A DNA stretch of 64,000 bases from an uncultured Acidobacteriota bacterium (GCA_963843575.1 CAWJKZ010000010.1:352001-416000), one strand, 5' to 3'; positions 31,315-44,187 are shown, counted from the stretch's first letter. The notes: generated by a model not told the origin, from the sequence alone. Program-made: numbers and translations.

Positions 31315-32742
31315 ATGTCAGCGCCGCAACCCCCGCGACACGTCGTGATTGCCGGGGCCGGCCCGGCCGGCCTGACTGCCGCATTCGAGCTCGTTCGCCG
31401 CGGCCTGAGGCCGGTAGTCCTGGAAATGGACGGCATCGTGGGGGGCCTCGCCCGCACAAACCAGCATTCCGGGTACCGCTTCGACCTGGGGGGGCACCGT
31501 TTCTTCACCCGGATCGAACGTGTCAACCGGATTTGGGAGGATCTGCTGGGCGAACGGTTTCTGCGTGTCCGACGGCTCTCCCGCATTTACTACCGCGGCC
31601 GGTTTTTCGACTACCCCCTCCGGATGGGCAACGTGCTGCGCGGCCTGGGCCCGCTGGAGAGCCTGCTCATCGCGGCAAGTTTCCTGCGCTCCGTGGCCGC
31701 GCCGAGCGCGCGTGAGGACAACCTCGAAGACTGGGTGAGCAACCGTTTCGGCAAACGGCTGTACCAGGCTTTCTTCAAGAGCTACACCGAAAAGGTCTGG
31801 GGTATGCCCTGCAGCCGCATCCCGGCCGAATGGGCCGCCCAGCGCATAAAAGGGCTTTCGCTGCGCACCGCGCTCCTCAACGCCATGTTCGGCAACAGGC
31901 GTAACAAGATCAAGTCGCTGATCGAAGAGTTCCGCTACCCCGAACTGGGGCCCGGCATGATGTGGGAAGCCATGCGCGACGACATCGTGCGCGGCGGCGG
32001 GTCGGTCCTGCTGCACCGCGAGGTGCGGCGCATCCTGGTGCGCGGCCGGCGCGTCGCAGCCTTCGTAGCGGGCCGGCCCGGCGGCGGCGAAGAGCGTTTC
32101 GACGGGAGTCACTTCGTCGCCAGCATGCCCGTCACCGAGCTGATCGCCCGGATGGACCCGTCGCCGCCGGCGCCCGTCGTGGAGTCGGCCCGCCGGCTGC
32201 GTCACAGGGATTTCCTGACCGTCTGCCTGATCCTGGACCGCCCCGGCCTATTCCCCGACAACTGGATCTACATTCAGGACGCCGAGCAGCGCATGGGCCG
32301 GCTCCAGAACTTCGGGAACTGGAGTGCCCGCATGCTTGCCGACCCGTCGCGTTCCAGCCTCGGCGCCGAGTACTTCGTAAACGAGGGGGACGATCTCTGG
32401 ACCATGCCGGACGCCGAGCTGCTGCGTCTTGCGGAAGCGGAGCTGCGCTGTGTCAACCTCATCGGCAGCACCCGCGTCCAGGACGGCGTCGTCTACCGGC
32501 AGAAGAAAGCCTACCCCGTGTACGACCACGACTACCGTGAAAACCTGGGACGCATCCGCGCCTTCCTCGGGGAGCTGGAAAACCTCCAGCTGGTCGGGCG
32601 CAACGGTCTCCACCGCTACAACAACCAGGACCACAGCATGCTCACCGCGCTGCTGGCCGTCGAGAACCTGTTCGGCGCGAGACACGACGTCTGGAGCGTC
32701 AACACCGACGACCGCTACCACGAAGAGTCTGAAACCCGCTAG
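31315..32742 (+). CDS. NAD(P)/FAD-dependent oxidoreductase (UDP-galactopyranose mutase/protoporphyrinogen oxidase-like)
   Basis: GAGPAGL, GGLART, FDLGGHRFF, YTEKVWG, AYPVY, GRNGLHRYNNQDHSM. Confidence 0.88.
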   Translation: MSAPQPPRHVVIAGAGPAGLTAAFELVRRGLRPVVLEMDGIVGGLARTNQHSGYRFDLGGHRFFTRIERVNRIWEDLLGERFLRVRRLSRIYYRGRFFDYPLRMGNVLRGLGPLESLLIAASFLRSVAAPSAREDNLEDWVSNRFGKRLYQAFFKSYTEKVWGMPCSRIPAEWAAQRIKGLSLRTALLNAMFGNRRNKIKSLIEEFRYPELGPGMMWEAMRDDIVRGGGSVLLHREVRRILVRGRRVAAFVAGRPGGGEERFDGSHFVASMPVTELIARMDPSPPAPVVESARRLRHRDFLTVCLILDRPGLFPDNWIYIQDAEQRMGRLQNFGNWSARMLADPSRSSLGAEYFVNEGDDLWTMPDAELLRLAEAELRCVNLIGSTRVQDGVVYRQKKAYPVYDHDYRENLGRIRAFLGELENLQLVGRNGLHRYNNQDHSMLTALLAVENLFGARHDVWSVNTDDRYHEESETR

Positions 32743-32853
32743 GACGCGGATCAACGCAGATTAAAAACACCGGCATTGGTGACAGGCCGCGCCCGGCCGA
32801 TCTGCGCAAACCCGTTAAATCCGTGGAGATCCGCGTTCTGCTTTTGCTTTTGT
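32742..32853. repeat. Degenerate relative of the MITE-like repeat core
   Basis: GGACGCGGATCAACGCAGAT...GATCCGCGTTCTGCTTTTGCTTTTG resembles copy C; a shorter relative lies at about 44437-44508. Confidence 0.5.
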
Positions 32854-32970
32854 CTTTCTTGACCGGTCCAGACGCAGACAAACACCGATCACCGCCGCGT
32901 TATTCCGGGCCCTGATAATATGTCACCGCGATTATGAAGTAGCGTACTCAGCAAGGTGAGGCGTTAGAGC

Positions 32971-33273
32971 TCAATGCCGCACGACCCGGTTGTAGACCGA
33001 CCCGAGCAAGTAGCCGGATACAAAGCCGAGGCCCAGCCCGTAGAGGAACCCGATGATGCTGCCGCCGATGCTGACGGAGTAGCCGGGCAGGTATTGGCCC
33101 AGGAGGGACAGGTGGGGTCCGACCTTCGGGCCTCCCTTTATGACCAGCCAGAGCGTGGCCACCAGCAGGACCGCTCCCGCAAAGGCACCCAGCACGACGC
33201 CCATCGTGACGGAATTCAGCCGGACCACGACCGTCGAAATCGCGTCGTCTTCCGTTTGTTCATGATCGCACAT
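32971..33273 (-). CDS. Small membrane protein (paralog 2)
   Basis: Two hydrophobic segments around LSLLGQYLPGYSVS..G...YN. Confidence 0.7.
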   Translation of the reverse strand: MCDHEQTEDDAISTVVVRLNSVTMGVVLGAFAGAVLLVATLWLVIKGGPKVGPHLSLLGQYLPGYSVSIGGSIIGFLYGLGLGFVSGYLLGSVYNRVVRH

Positions 33274-33281
33274 CGGATCTC

Positions 33282-33683
33282 CTAACCTAGGCGGTCCAGG
33301 ATGTCGCTGAGCTGCTGCTGCTCCGCGCGCTTCCGGAGGTAGGCCAGATAGAGCCGGATGGTCGTATTCCTGGTTACCGCGAGCAGCCAGCCTGCGGCAA
33401 ACCCGGCTCCGAACGCATAAAGCAAACCTGCGACGGCGCCCTGCGCCGTGACACGGTATCCCGGAAAGTACTGGGACAGCAATCCCAGGGCGCGTTGAGC
33501 CGCTTCGGCACCCGCTAGAGCTGTCCAGAGCGTGACCGAGAAAACCCACGCGGCGCATACCGTTCCGAAGGCAATGCCCAGGGCGACAGGGTGCAGCCGG
33601 GCCAGCTCCAGGGTTGCCGAGGACGGGAGACCTCCGCCATCGGCGCTCTTGATTCCCTGCGATAACGGGGCCGGATGCCGCAT
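33282..33683 (-). CDS. Small membrane protein (paralog 1)
   Basis: ARLHPVALGIAFG..LGLLSQYFPGYRVT..G...RN; homologous to its neighbour. Confidence 0.7.
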   Translation of the reverse strand: MRHPAPLSQGIKSADGGGLPSSATLELARLHPVALGIAFGTVCAAWVFSVTLWTALAGAEAAQRALGLLSQYFPGYRVTAQGAVAGLLYAFGAGFAAGWLLAVTRNTTIRLYLAYLRKRAEQQQLSDILDRLG

Positions 33684-33968
33684 AGCGTCCATTATAGGCT
33701 GCGTCGCGCCCTTGTGTTCCGTGAAAAAGCCGGCGATTCTTCGAGTCCCTGGAGCCTTCGAGGTGAGTTTGCGGCTCGCCTGCAAGACTTCACGATCTTG
33801 AAGCCAACGCAGGGGCGCCGAGGCGCCGAGTATTTCGATCTCAGGACGCAAGTGGAAAGCGGCGCCGAGGCGCCGCACTCCAGATTGTCTGCCGGGGATT
33901 AGCCTGGAGACAACCCCTGGCGTTCCGTATAAAATCATGGTGCCGGCAGTGACTCGTGGAGACAGATA

Positions 33969-35326
33969 TTGGCTGCAAATGACCGCCCATCCCTTTTTTC
34001 ACGGCTGAAGTGGAGCGGCTACCTGGCGGCCCAGATGCGGGGTCAGCAGCGGCTGCCCTTCCGCTCGCCGGAAGAGCTGGAGCGGATCCAGAGGCGTCGC
34101 CTGCACGCCATGGTGACGCACGCATACCGAACGGTGCCGTATTATCGCGAGACGATGGACCGCCTCGGCCTGCGGCCGACGGATTTTCACGTCGTCGCGG
34201 ACCTGGCGAGACTCCCGGTCATCGAACCCAGCGACCTCCAGACGGATGCGGAGCGGTTCCTTTCCTCCCGGCGTCCCCGGGATCATTACATCCTGCTCCG
34301 CACGGGCGGCAGCACGGGCGACCCACGGCCGGTTTATCACAGCCCGGAGGGGATTTTTCAGAACGCCGCCCACGGCGAACGCGAACGGTGCATCGTCTGG
34401 GCGCTGCTGGGCAAGCGTTTCGGCTACAAGGAAACGGTCATCGCCTCCCTCAACTGCACCGCCGCGAAACTGCAGGACTTCGTCCAGTCGCGCGGCCTCA
34501 TGCCGGGCGGCCTGAGGATCCGTCGGCAGTATCTGTCGCTGTCGGACACGCCCCAGAAGAATGTCGCCCTGATCAACGAATTCAAACCCGACATCATCCA
34601 CACGTACGGTTCCTACCTCGAGATCCTGTTCTCGTATCTGGCGGATTCCCGAGAAGGGTTCCACCGGCCCGTGACGGTCACCTACAGTTCCGACGGCCTG
34701 GACGAGTGGGCCCGACGCCTGATCCAGGACTCATTCGGACTCCCGGTCTTCAGCACCTATCAGGCTAACGAAGCGCTCAAGATCGGCTTCGAGTGCGAGC
34801 AGCACCTCGGACTTCACCTCAACGTCGATCTCTACCCGGTGCGTATCGTGGACGCTTCGGGCCGTGACGTCCCCGCCGGGCAGACGGGGGACCTGGTCGT
34901 GTCAAATCTGGTGAACAACGCCACGGTGCTCCTGAACTACAGGCTGGGCGACCTTGCTGCGATGCTCGGGAGGAGTTGTCCCTGCGGGCGGACGCTGCCG
35001 CTGCTGTCTTTCCCGCCGGGGAGGTGCGACGATCTCGTTGAGTTGCCCTCGGGCCGGATCATTCACCCGCAGGCGGCCCGGACGGTGTTCATGGCGGAAG
35101 GCGGCGTCCGGCAGTTCCAGATCGTTCAACGATCCCCCACGCGTTTCGACATCAAGATAGTCGTGGCGCCCGGCACCGATCATGCGGGTTTGCAGGACCG
35201 CGTCGCCCGGGAATTCGTCAACCGGTTCGGTGCCGAGGTGAGCACGGACATTCAGTTTGTGGACGCTATCGACCGCACCGCCGCCGGGAAGTTTCGCCCG
35301 GTGATATCGCTTCATCCCCGGTCATG
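33969..35326 (+). CDS. Phenylacetate-CoA ligase family (PaaK/CapK-like) adenylating enzyme
   Basis: HAYRTVPYYR, TGGSTGDP, YQANE, IGFEC, LLNYRLGD, GRCDD, GKFRPV. The stop was probably lost through one missing base at about 35326. Confidence 0.85.
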
Positions 35327-36195
35327 CCACCCCGCGACGGCCGGAGTCCCCGGCGGCTGGGCAGGATCGTCGAGCCACGGCGGGCAGTCCTGCGACGGAT
35401 TCCGGCGGGCTGTACTGGGATGGTGTCGCACGAGACTGGCAACGCGACGCCCGGCAGCAATTGTGGAGAAGATATTGCGACGCTCTGCACAGCGCACTGC
35501 TGGACCGCTGGCTCGGCCGGGAGCGTTTCCAGTCGGCACTAAAGACCGACCTGTTCGACGAGGCGGTTGCCGACGGGCTTTATCCCTTCCTCGCCTCCAG
35601 GGCGTCCGAGGTTACGGCGGTTGACGTCTCACCGGAAATCGCGACTGCCGCCGGCGGGAAATACCCTGCGCTGCGGGTCCACCGGGCCGACGTACGCCGC
35701 CTTCCTTTTGCCGACGCCTCGTTTGACCTGGTGGTGTCGGACTCGACACTGGACCACTTCGCTTCCCGCGAAGGCATCCTCGCGGCGCTGGGCGAGCTGT
35801 CACGGGCACTCCGCCCGGGGGGGCGCCTGGTGCTCACGATGGACAACCCCGCAAACCCGTTCGTGTGGCTTCGCAACCACATGCCTCTGCGCCTGCTCAT
35901 GCGCTTGGGACTGGTCCCCTATTTCGTGGGGGCCACCGGCGGGCGACGATGGCTGGAGCGCAGCCTGCGGCAAGTCGGCCTGGCCGTCGTGCAATCGACC
36001 GCAATCATGCACTGTCCACGCGTCGTCGCGGTAGCCTCCGCCAGCCTGGCGGGCAACCGCGCCGACAACAGGAAGCAGGAGGCCTTCCTGCGCCGCCTGA
36101 TGGCCTGGGAAAGGCTGGAGAGCTTCCCGACCCGCTACACCACAGGCCATTTCGTCGCGGTGCTCGCGGCAAAACCGGGGCCGGCTGGAGCGTAA
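35324..36195 (+). CDS. Class I SAM-dependent methyltransferase
   Basis: LKTDLFDEA, VDVSP, ADVRRLPFADASFDLVVSDSTLDHF, LRPGGRL. Confidence 0.85.
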
Positions 36196-36198
36196 CCG

Positions 36199-37461
36199 AT
36201 GGGGCTGACAAGCAGGAGAGAAGGCGATTGCACGCTCCACACCGCGTCGCGCGACGGCGAGGTTCTGGGCTATGTGGCCATCCACACCACGGTCGCGGGG
36301 CGTGCCTGCGGCGGACTGCGTATGATGCCCGACGTGAGCGAGTCGGAGATCTGCGGACTCGCGCGGGCGATGACGCTGAAATACGGCATCCTGGGATTGC
36401 CCCAGGGGGGCGCAAAGGCGGGCGTGCTGGGAGACCCAGACGCAGCCCAGGACGCCCGCCGCAGGCGCCTGGTGGAGTTCGGCCGGGTGATCGCCCCGTT
36501 GCTTCGCGGACGCCTGTTTGCGCCCTGCGCCGATATGGGAACCGACGCGCTCGACATGCGCCATATGCTCGGCGCCGTAGGCGTGCGCGTCGGGTTGCGC
36601 GAGCAGCGCAACAACTCCTCCGGACTGTATACCGCGATGTCGGTCCTCGCGGGAACGGTCCAGTCGGCCAGCCACGTCGGCCTGCGGCTCGAACAGTGTA
36701 CGGCCGCCATAGAAGGGTTCGGCAAGGTCGGCGCACCCCTCGGGCGGCTGCTCGGCGAGCGCGGCGTGAAGATCGTGGCCGTCTCGACCTCGCGCGGCGC
36801 CCTGTACAACCCCGAGGGCCTCGAGGTGTCACGGCTGATCGAGCTTTCCGGACGCGTCGGCAGCCACGTCGTGGAGAGTTACCCGCACGCGGACCGCATC
36901 GACCGGCGCGCCCTGCTCGAACTGCCCGTGGACATCCTCTGCCCGTGCGCGCGCCACGACAGCATCGCCGCCGACAACGCCGCGCGCATTCGGGCGAGGA
37001 TCATCTGCCCGGGTGCAAACAATCCCGTGACGCCGGAGGCGCACGAGACCCTCACGGCAAGAGGCGTGCTCTGTATGCCCGATTTTCTGACCAACTGCGG
37101 CGGAGTCCTCGGAGGGACCATGGAATTCGCGTCCATCGCCCCATCGAAGATCGCCGCCCTGATCGAGAGCTCGCTCGGCGCGGCCATCGCCGCAATCCTC
37201 AGGAAATCCGCCGGGAGCGGGCGCCCGCCCGGCCCGGTTGCGCGGGAACTCGCACTGCGGCGCTTCGAACAGGTGAAGCGGATCGGCGAGCACCCCGGCC
37301 TTGCCGGCCGTCTTCTTTCACTCGGACTGGTTCTGTACCGACAGGGGATCGTCCCCTCGTCGATCACCGCCCCGCTGGCCGAACGATATTTCCGGCGTCT
37401 GCTCGTGCCCCTGGCCGCCGGCGGAGTCCCCGAGCTGAACCTCGGTTCAGAAATACGCTGA
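36199..37461 (+). CDS. Glu/Leu/Phe/Val dehydrogenase family protein
   Basis: GGLRM, MTLKYG..GGAKAG, DMGT, EGFGKVG, PCA, GANNP, PDFLTNCGGV. Confidence 0.88.
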   Translation: MGLTSRREGDCTLHTASRDGEVLGYVAIHTTVAGRACGGLRMMPDVSESEICGLARAMTLKYGILGLPQGGAKAGVLGDPDAAQDARRRRLVEFGRVIAPLLRGRLFAPCADMGTDALDMRHMLGAVGVRVGLREQRNNSSGLYTAMSVLAGTVQSASHVGLRLEQCTAAIEGFGKVGAPLGRLLGERGVKIVAVSTSRGALYNPEGLEVSRLIELSGRVGSHVVESYPHADRIDRRALLELPVDILCPCARHDSIAADNAARIRARIICPGANNPVTPEAHETLTARGVLCMPDFLTNCGGVLGGTMEFASIAPSKIAALIESSLGAAIAAILRKSAGSGRPPGPVARELALRRFEQVKRIGEHPGLAGRLLSLGLVLYRQGIVPSSITAPLAERYFRRLLVPLAAGGVPELNLGSEIR

Positions 37462-37568
37462 CGTTTCCAGGATGCGGATATACTCGGATGCTCGTGAATT
37501 CGACTGGTCACAGCCAAAGGTCGAGGGGCGCTTCGGCATCATGAGGAATACATCACCGTATTTGCTGC

Positions 37569-38201
37569 ATGGTGTACTTACCGGGAGGTGCGGTCTTGAT
37601 TGGGTATCTGCTCATCGGCGTGAACGTCCTGATCTCGATGCTCGCCTTCTCGTCCGGGAAGGGGGGCGTCTCGAATCGTTTCCTCTTTGTTCCGAGCGAG
37701 GTGGCCGCAGGGCGTAACATCGGCGGGATGATCCTTTCGAACTTCTCGCACGCGGACATGGGGCACCTGTTGTTCAACATGCTCTCGCTGTACTTCTTCG
37801 CACCCGTGGTCGAGTACGGGCTCGGGGGGTCGGGGCTGCTGACGATCTACTTCGTCTCGGGAATCTGCGCGGGCATCTTCATTTTCTATTTCCACCGCCG
37901 CAATCCCGCCTATCGCGCCCTCGGGGCAAGCGGCTCGGTGTCGGGCGTGATCTTCGCCTCGATCGTGCTCCAACCCTCGATGAGCCTCTATCTCTTCCTG
38001 GTGCCCGTCCCCATCCCCGGCCCGGTCTTTGCCGTGGGATACATCTTCCTCTCGACAATCCTGATGCGCCGTGGCGGGGGCGGTATCAGCCACGAGGCGC
38101 ATATCGGAGGGGCGGTGGCGGGGTTCGTGCTAGCCGGGCTGCTCTATCCTCCCGGGTTCAATCCCCTTCTCGAGAGGATCGCGCACCTGTTCGGGGGATG
38201 A
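37569..38201 (+). CDS. Rhomboid family intramembrane serine protease
   Basis: HADMGHLLFNM, GASG, HEAHIGG. Confidence 0.92.
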   Translation: MVYLPGGAVLIGYLLIGVNVLISMLAFSSGKGGVSNRFLFVPSEVAAGRNIGGMILSNFSHADMGHLLFNMLSLYFFAPVVEYGLGGSGLLTIYFVSGICAGIFIFYFHRRNPAYRALGASGSVSGVIFASIVLQPSMSLYLFLVPVPIPGPVFAVGYIFLSTILMRRGGGGISHEAHIGGAVAGFVLAGLLYPPGFNPLLERIAHLFGG

Positions 38202-38213
38202 GGCGGAGGGCCG

Positions 38214-40154
<1,941 letters not shown>

Positions 40155-40285
40155 TCTCTCCGTCTTCGACGACGACCTATGGGAACTCGCAACACTCTAA
40201 GCCGCTTTCCTCAATAACGCAAGATTCCGCTGTGCTTGCCGCGCTTCGAGATGCTGCGAGTCCCTGGAGCCTTCCGGGAAGAATG

Positions 40286-41014
40286 CTATCGCTCACCTCC
40301 GGGACTGTCGGCTCCCAGGTTTTCGGTGACCTCCCGGGACCCAGTCTCAAAGTTGCCGACGAAGGCGCTGCGCCTGTTCAGCAGCCGCCACCGCGACCCG
40401 AGCGACGCGCCCGAGTACTCGTTGGCAAGCGCAAAGACCGGCATGGAGTGGGAGAGTTGCCGCGCCAGCGGCGGATAGTACGTGACCTCGTTACCGCAGA
40501 AATGGTCCTTGTGCCCCAGCGAGCGGGTGCGAACGGAGACGACGTCGCCCGCCGCGAGGACCGCGGACCCGTGTTGGTCGCCCTCCCCGATCACCAGGGA
40601 GATGGGCGCCGCCTGCACCTCGACGACGTCTTCGAGCAGACGCCCGGCCATCGCTTTGGCAAACTCGACGAGCGCCAACTTCTGCGCGCCGGTGGCGTTT
40701 TCGTCCACGATGACGACGGCCCGCGCCGGGTACGGATCGTGATAGAGGTCGCCGAGCGTCGCGCCTGCGCGGGCGATCCCGACCACGCTCAGGCCACCGA
40801 GCGACACGCCGTTCCAGGTTCCGCGACGCACCCTCCACGCCACGATCGCCTGGTTGCCCTGGAGCCCGACCTCGCCGTTGGCGAAACAAGGCCCGGTGTA
40901 AACATCCGCACTGCGCGTTTCGAGATAATCGCCCTCGATCCCCGCGGCATAAGCGGCCGCAGAAAGCCACAACGACAGCGCTGGTATCAGCCCAAACCGG
41001 ATTGCCGTCCTCAT
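40286..41014 (-). CDS. DUF1326-like secreted protein
   Basis: Signal peptide; GDYLETRSADVYTGPCFANGE, CGNEVTYYPPL. Confidence 0.7.
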   Translation of the reverse strand: MRTAIRFGLIPALSLWLSAAAYAAGIEGDYLETRSADVYTGPCFANGEVGLQGNQAIVAWRVRRGTWNGVSLGGLSVVGIARAGATLGDLYHDPYPARAVVIVDENATGAQKLALVEFAKAMAGRLLEDVVEVQAAPISLVIGEGDQHGSAVLAAGDVVSVRTRSLGHKDHFCGNEVTYYPPLARQLSHSMPVFALANEYSGASLGSRWRLLNRRSAFVGNFETGSREVTENLGADSPGGER

Positions 41015-41200
41015 CTTTCCCTCCCCGAGTCGCCACCCGGCCCCGTTGCGGGATCGGGCGCGACGACCTGCACCCTTGATGACGCAATGATACCGTACGG
41101 GTTGCCCGGTGAGAAGCTTGCCCGACCGTCCACCATTGTGAGACGATGGACGCACACCGGATTCTGGCAGGTATTCGTCAACCCTCAGGGAGGGGTTCTT

Positions 41201-42124
41201 ATGACTGGCATGTCGAGACGTGAGTTTGTGGAGAAGGCGGCAGTCGGTTCCGCCGCGGCTGGGTTTCTGACCTTGAATGCGGCGGAGCTTGGAGCCAATC
41301 CGCTGGGCATGCCGATTGGGGCGCAGATTTATCCGCTCAGTCCGTTGCTCAAGGACTTTCCCGCGTTCGTCAAAATGATGGCCGGACATCGGCGTGACGA
41401 GGCTCGAGCTGTGTTCGCCGATCGGATACGGCGGCTGACTTCGCCGTCCTCGCGAACGGGAAAGAAGTGAAGAAGATCCTGGCCGATCACGGCATGAAGG
41501 CGAGAGTTCCCACTTCAGCATGAAGGAGCTCCGGGAGAGCAGGACAAGAGCATCGAGTGGGCAAAGCAGGTCGGGATCACGCAGATGATCACGGCAAGCC
41601 TCGGTGACGGGAACGGCGGGAAGCAATCCCACGATGGACCAGGTGAAGAAAGCGGCGGACGAGTACAACAAGATCGCCGCGGTGGCCGCCAAGGCCGGCT
41701 ATGCAGCAGGGCCTGCACAACGAGGGGTTCGAGCTGTCGATGGTCGACGGCAAGCGGACCTACGACATGCTGTTCGATCTGCTCGATCCGAAGCTGGTCA
41801 AGTTCCAGTTTCAGATGTCGACGATCACGGCAGGCTTCGTCGGCGCCGAGTATTTCGCGAAGTACCCGGGCCGCTTCATCTCGATGCACGTGCAGGACGT
41901 GGACATGAATGCCCCGGTCCCGCCGCCGCCGCCGAGGCGGAGCGCGGCCGGGCGGGTCGGACGCGGCGGGACGACGCCCGCAGGTTGCGGTCGGGACAGG
42001 GCACCATCGACTGGGTCAAGACCTTCAAGGCGGCAAAGAAGGCGGGGTCAAGAACTACTTCGTCGAGCAGAACTGGGAGCTCACGCAGAAGAGCGTCGCG
42101 TATCTCAAGACCCTCAAGGTCTGA
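41201..42124 (+). CDS. Tat-exported sugar-phosphate isomerase/epimerase (TIM barrel), several frameshifts
   Basis: MSRREF, PLGMPIGAQIY, GLHNE, PGRFISMHVQD, YFVEQ across frames. Confidence 0.8.
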
Positions 42125-42186
42125 TCGCCCAGAGGACCGACCAAGCCATTCGCCGGGGACGCGGCGGGCCGGTGCAGCCCGCCGCG

Positions 42187-44187
42187 TCAGCGGACCTGCT
42201 GCACCGTCACGGTGCGGCTCTCCGGTTCGGCGCGGGCGACGACGTGCTGGTGCTCCGCGATCGAGACCGTCGACGACAACTCCCGCCCGGCGTACTTCCC
42301 TGAACTCCACCGGAACACGACACGGTGATCGCCGGCGGCAAGCTGCGGTATCCGCGCAGGGTAAGGGCCGTCGAGCCGGGTGCCGTCCAACACGATTTCA
42401 CAACCGTCGAATGCATCGTCGGGCACCTCGAGGTAGGCGCTCCCAATCCCCAGCTCGGCCCGAGGCAGTTCGACCGCAACCGGACGGAGGGCGGCGCTTT
42501 CGGCAACCTGGATGGGGGCCGCAGGATCCAGCCGCCGGGCCGGGCCGGATCGCTGCCCGGCGAGCTGGCTCCGGATGGACAGTGCGGCGGCATTGGCGGG
42601 ATCGACCTCCAGTACCCGGCGGAGCTTCGCGTCGCTCTCCGGAAACTTGCGCTGCGCCCGCAGCGACTGAGCCTCGAGCAGCAAGACCTCGACCTTCCTG
42701 CGGCTGCTTTGCCCGTCCGCTTCGTCGAGGATTTTCCTGGCCTGGGGATTTTCAGGGTAGGATCCCAGGACGCGCCTGGCGATCTCCGCCGCCTTATCGA
42801 GCTGTCCCCGGTCGAGTTCGGACTTGGCCTGAGTCACCGCCGCTTCGAGTGCCCGGCGGGCCGTATCGGGCCGGCTCAACACGACCAACGCGGTGACCCC
42901 GAGGGCCAACAGGAGAGCGACCGGAACTCCCAGCCGCAGTGCCGGGTGCAAACTGGTACGCGGCAACAGGACGGTCGACTCCAACCCCGGGGGTGGTTCG
43001 GGCGGCGGCACTGATCCGGCATTGATTCTCGGGGGCCGCGCCGCCATCCCTCCGGCAACGCAGTCGTCGATGAACTTCTTTCTTTGCGCCTCGATCTGAT
43101 CGAGGAGACTCCGCGGGGCCGAGCCGCCGTCGAGCTGCAGCGCCTGCTGCGCAAACCGTTCCGCCCGGGCGAAATCGTTGCTGCCCAGCGCCTGCCGGCC
43201 GAGACCCACGAGCCGGCCCACCTCGCCCGACGCCGAGGGAGTCGGCGGCGGGGCAAGGGCCGGACCGCTCGAGCGCTGCACCGGCATCGCCGCCGTCGCC
43301 TCTGCCTGCGCCGCGGGCGTGGAGAGGCGCGCGGGCCGACCCTCTCGCAGCGGCTCGGCAGGACGCTGCGGGTCGCGCAATAGCGCGCGGCAAGCGCCGC
43401 CCAAATCGGCCATGGCCGCGTAACGGCGGCCCGGATCCTTGACGAGGGCAAGACCTACAACCGGCCAGAGGCCGGCGGGCGCATCCGGAAGATGCCGGCC
43501 GAAGTCGCAGGGCTCGCCAAACAGGATCCGGTCGAGCGTCTTCTGCAGCGTCTTCTCGCGGAACGGGTGAGTGTAGGTGAGGAGTTCGTACATCACGATG
43601 CCCAGCGAAAAGATGTCGCTCCGGGCGTCGCACTTCAGCCCGCGGATCTGTTCCGGCGACATGTACAGGGGGGTCCCGAGCCGGACGCCGGATTCCGTGA
43701 GGTTCGAGGCGGGGATGTGGGCTATGCCGAAGTCCAGGATCTTGGCGTTCCCGGACGCGCCGACGTGAATGTTGCCGGGTTTCAGGTCGCGGTGGAGGAT
43801 TCCGTTGTCGTGAGCGTGAGCCATCCCCTCCGCGACCTGGGCGATGATCGAGAGCTTCCGCTCGAGCGCCATCGGGGTCTTTTCCTCGATGATCTTCTTC
43901 AGGTCCTTGCCCTCCAGCAGCTCCATCGCGATGTACGCCGTCTCGCCTTCCTCGCCCATGTCGTAAACGCCGACGATGTTCGGGTGCTGCAGCCGCGCGG
44001 CGGATTTCGCCTCGCGGTAGAACCTCAGTTGCAGCTCGGGATCCCGGCCGCGTTGGGCCGCAATCGTCTTGATCGCGACGTGCCGCTCCAGCACCTCGTC
44101 GTACGCGGCGTAGACGGCCCCCATGGACCCGCCACCGATCTTCTCTCTCAGCGTGTACTTTCCCAGTCTGGTCTTCATGCGTGCCAT
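42187..44187 (-). CDS. Hanks-type Ser/Thr protein kinase with TM helix, TPR-like repeats and C-terminal beta domain
   Basis: IGGGSMGAVY, VAIK, HRDLKPGN, DFGIA, GTPLYMSPEQ, SDIFSLG. Confidence 0.95.
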   Translation of the reverse strand: MARMKTRLGKYTLREKIGGGSMGAVYAAYDEVLERHVAIKTIAAQRGRDPELQLRFYREAKSAARLQHPNIVGVYDMGEEGETAYIAMELLEGKDLKKIIEEKTPMALERKLSIIAQVAEGMAHAHDNGILHRDLKPGNIHVGASGNAKILDFGIAHIPASNLTESGVRLGTPLYMSPEQIRGLKCDARSDIFSLGIVMYELLTYTHPFREKTLQKTLDRILFGEPCDFGRHLPDAPAGLWPVVGLALVKDPGRRYAAMADLGGACRALLRDPQRPAEPLREGRPARLSTPAAQAEATAAMPVQRSSGPALAPPPTPSASGEVGRLVGLGRQALGSNDFARAERFAQQALQLDGGSAPRSLLDQIEAQRKKFIDDCVAGGMAARPPRINAGSVPPPEPPPGLESTVLLPRTSLHPALRLGVPVALLLALGVTALVVLSRPDTARRALEAAVTQAKSELDRGQLDKAAEIARRVLGSYPENPQARKILDEADGQSSRRKVEVLLLEAQSLRAQRKFPESDAKLRRVLEVDPANAAALSIRSQLAGQRSGPARRLDPAAPIQVAESAALRPVAVELPRAELGIGSAYLEVPDDAFDGCEIVLDGTRLDGPYPARIPQLAAGDHRVVFRWSSGKYAGRELSSTVSIAEHQHVVARAEPESRTVTVQQVR

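Noticed and set aside
33969-36195. PaaK-methyltransferase fusion
   Set aside because: Adding one A after TCATG at about 35326 creates both the ligase TGA stop and an overlapping in-frame ATG for the methyltransferase (ATGA coupling), so two genes is the simpler reading.
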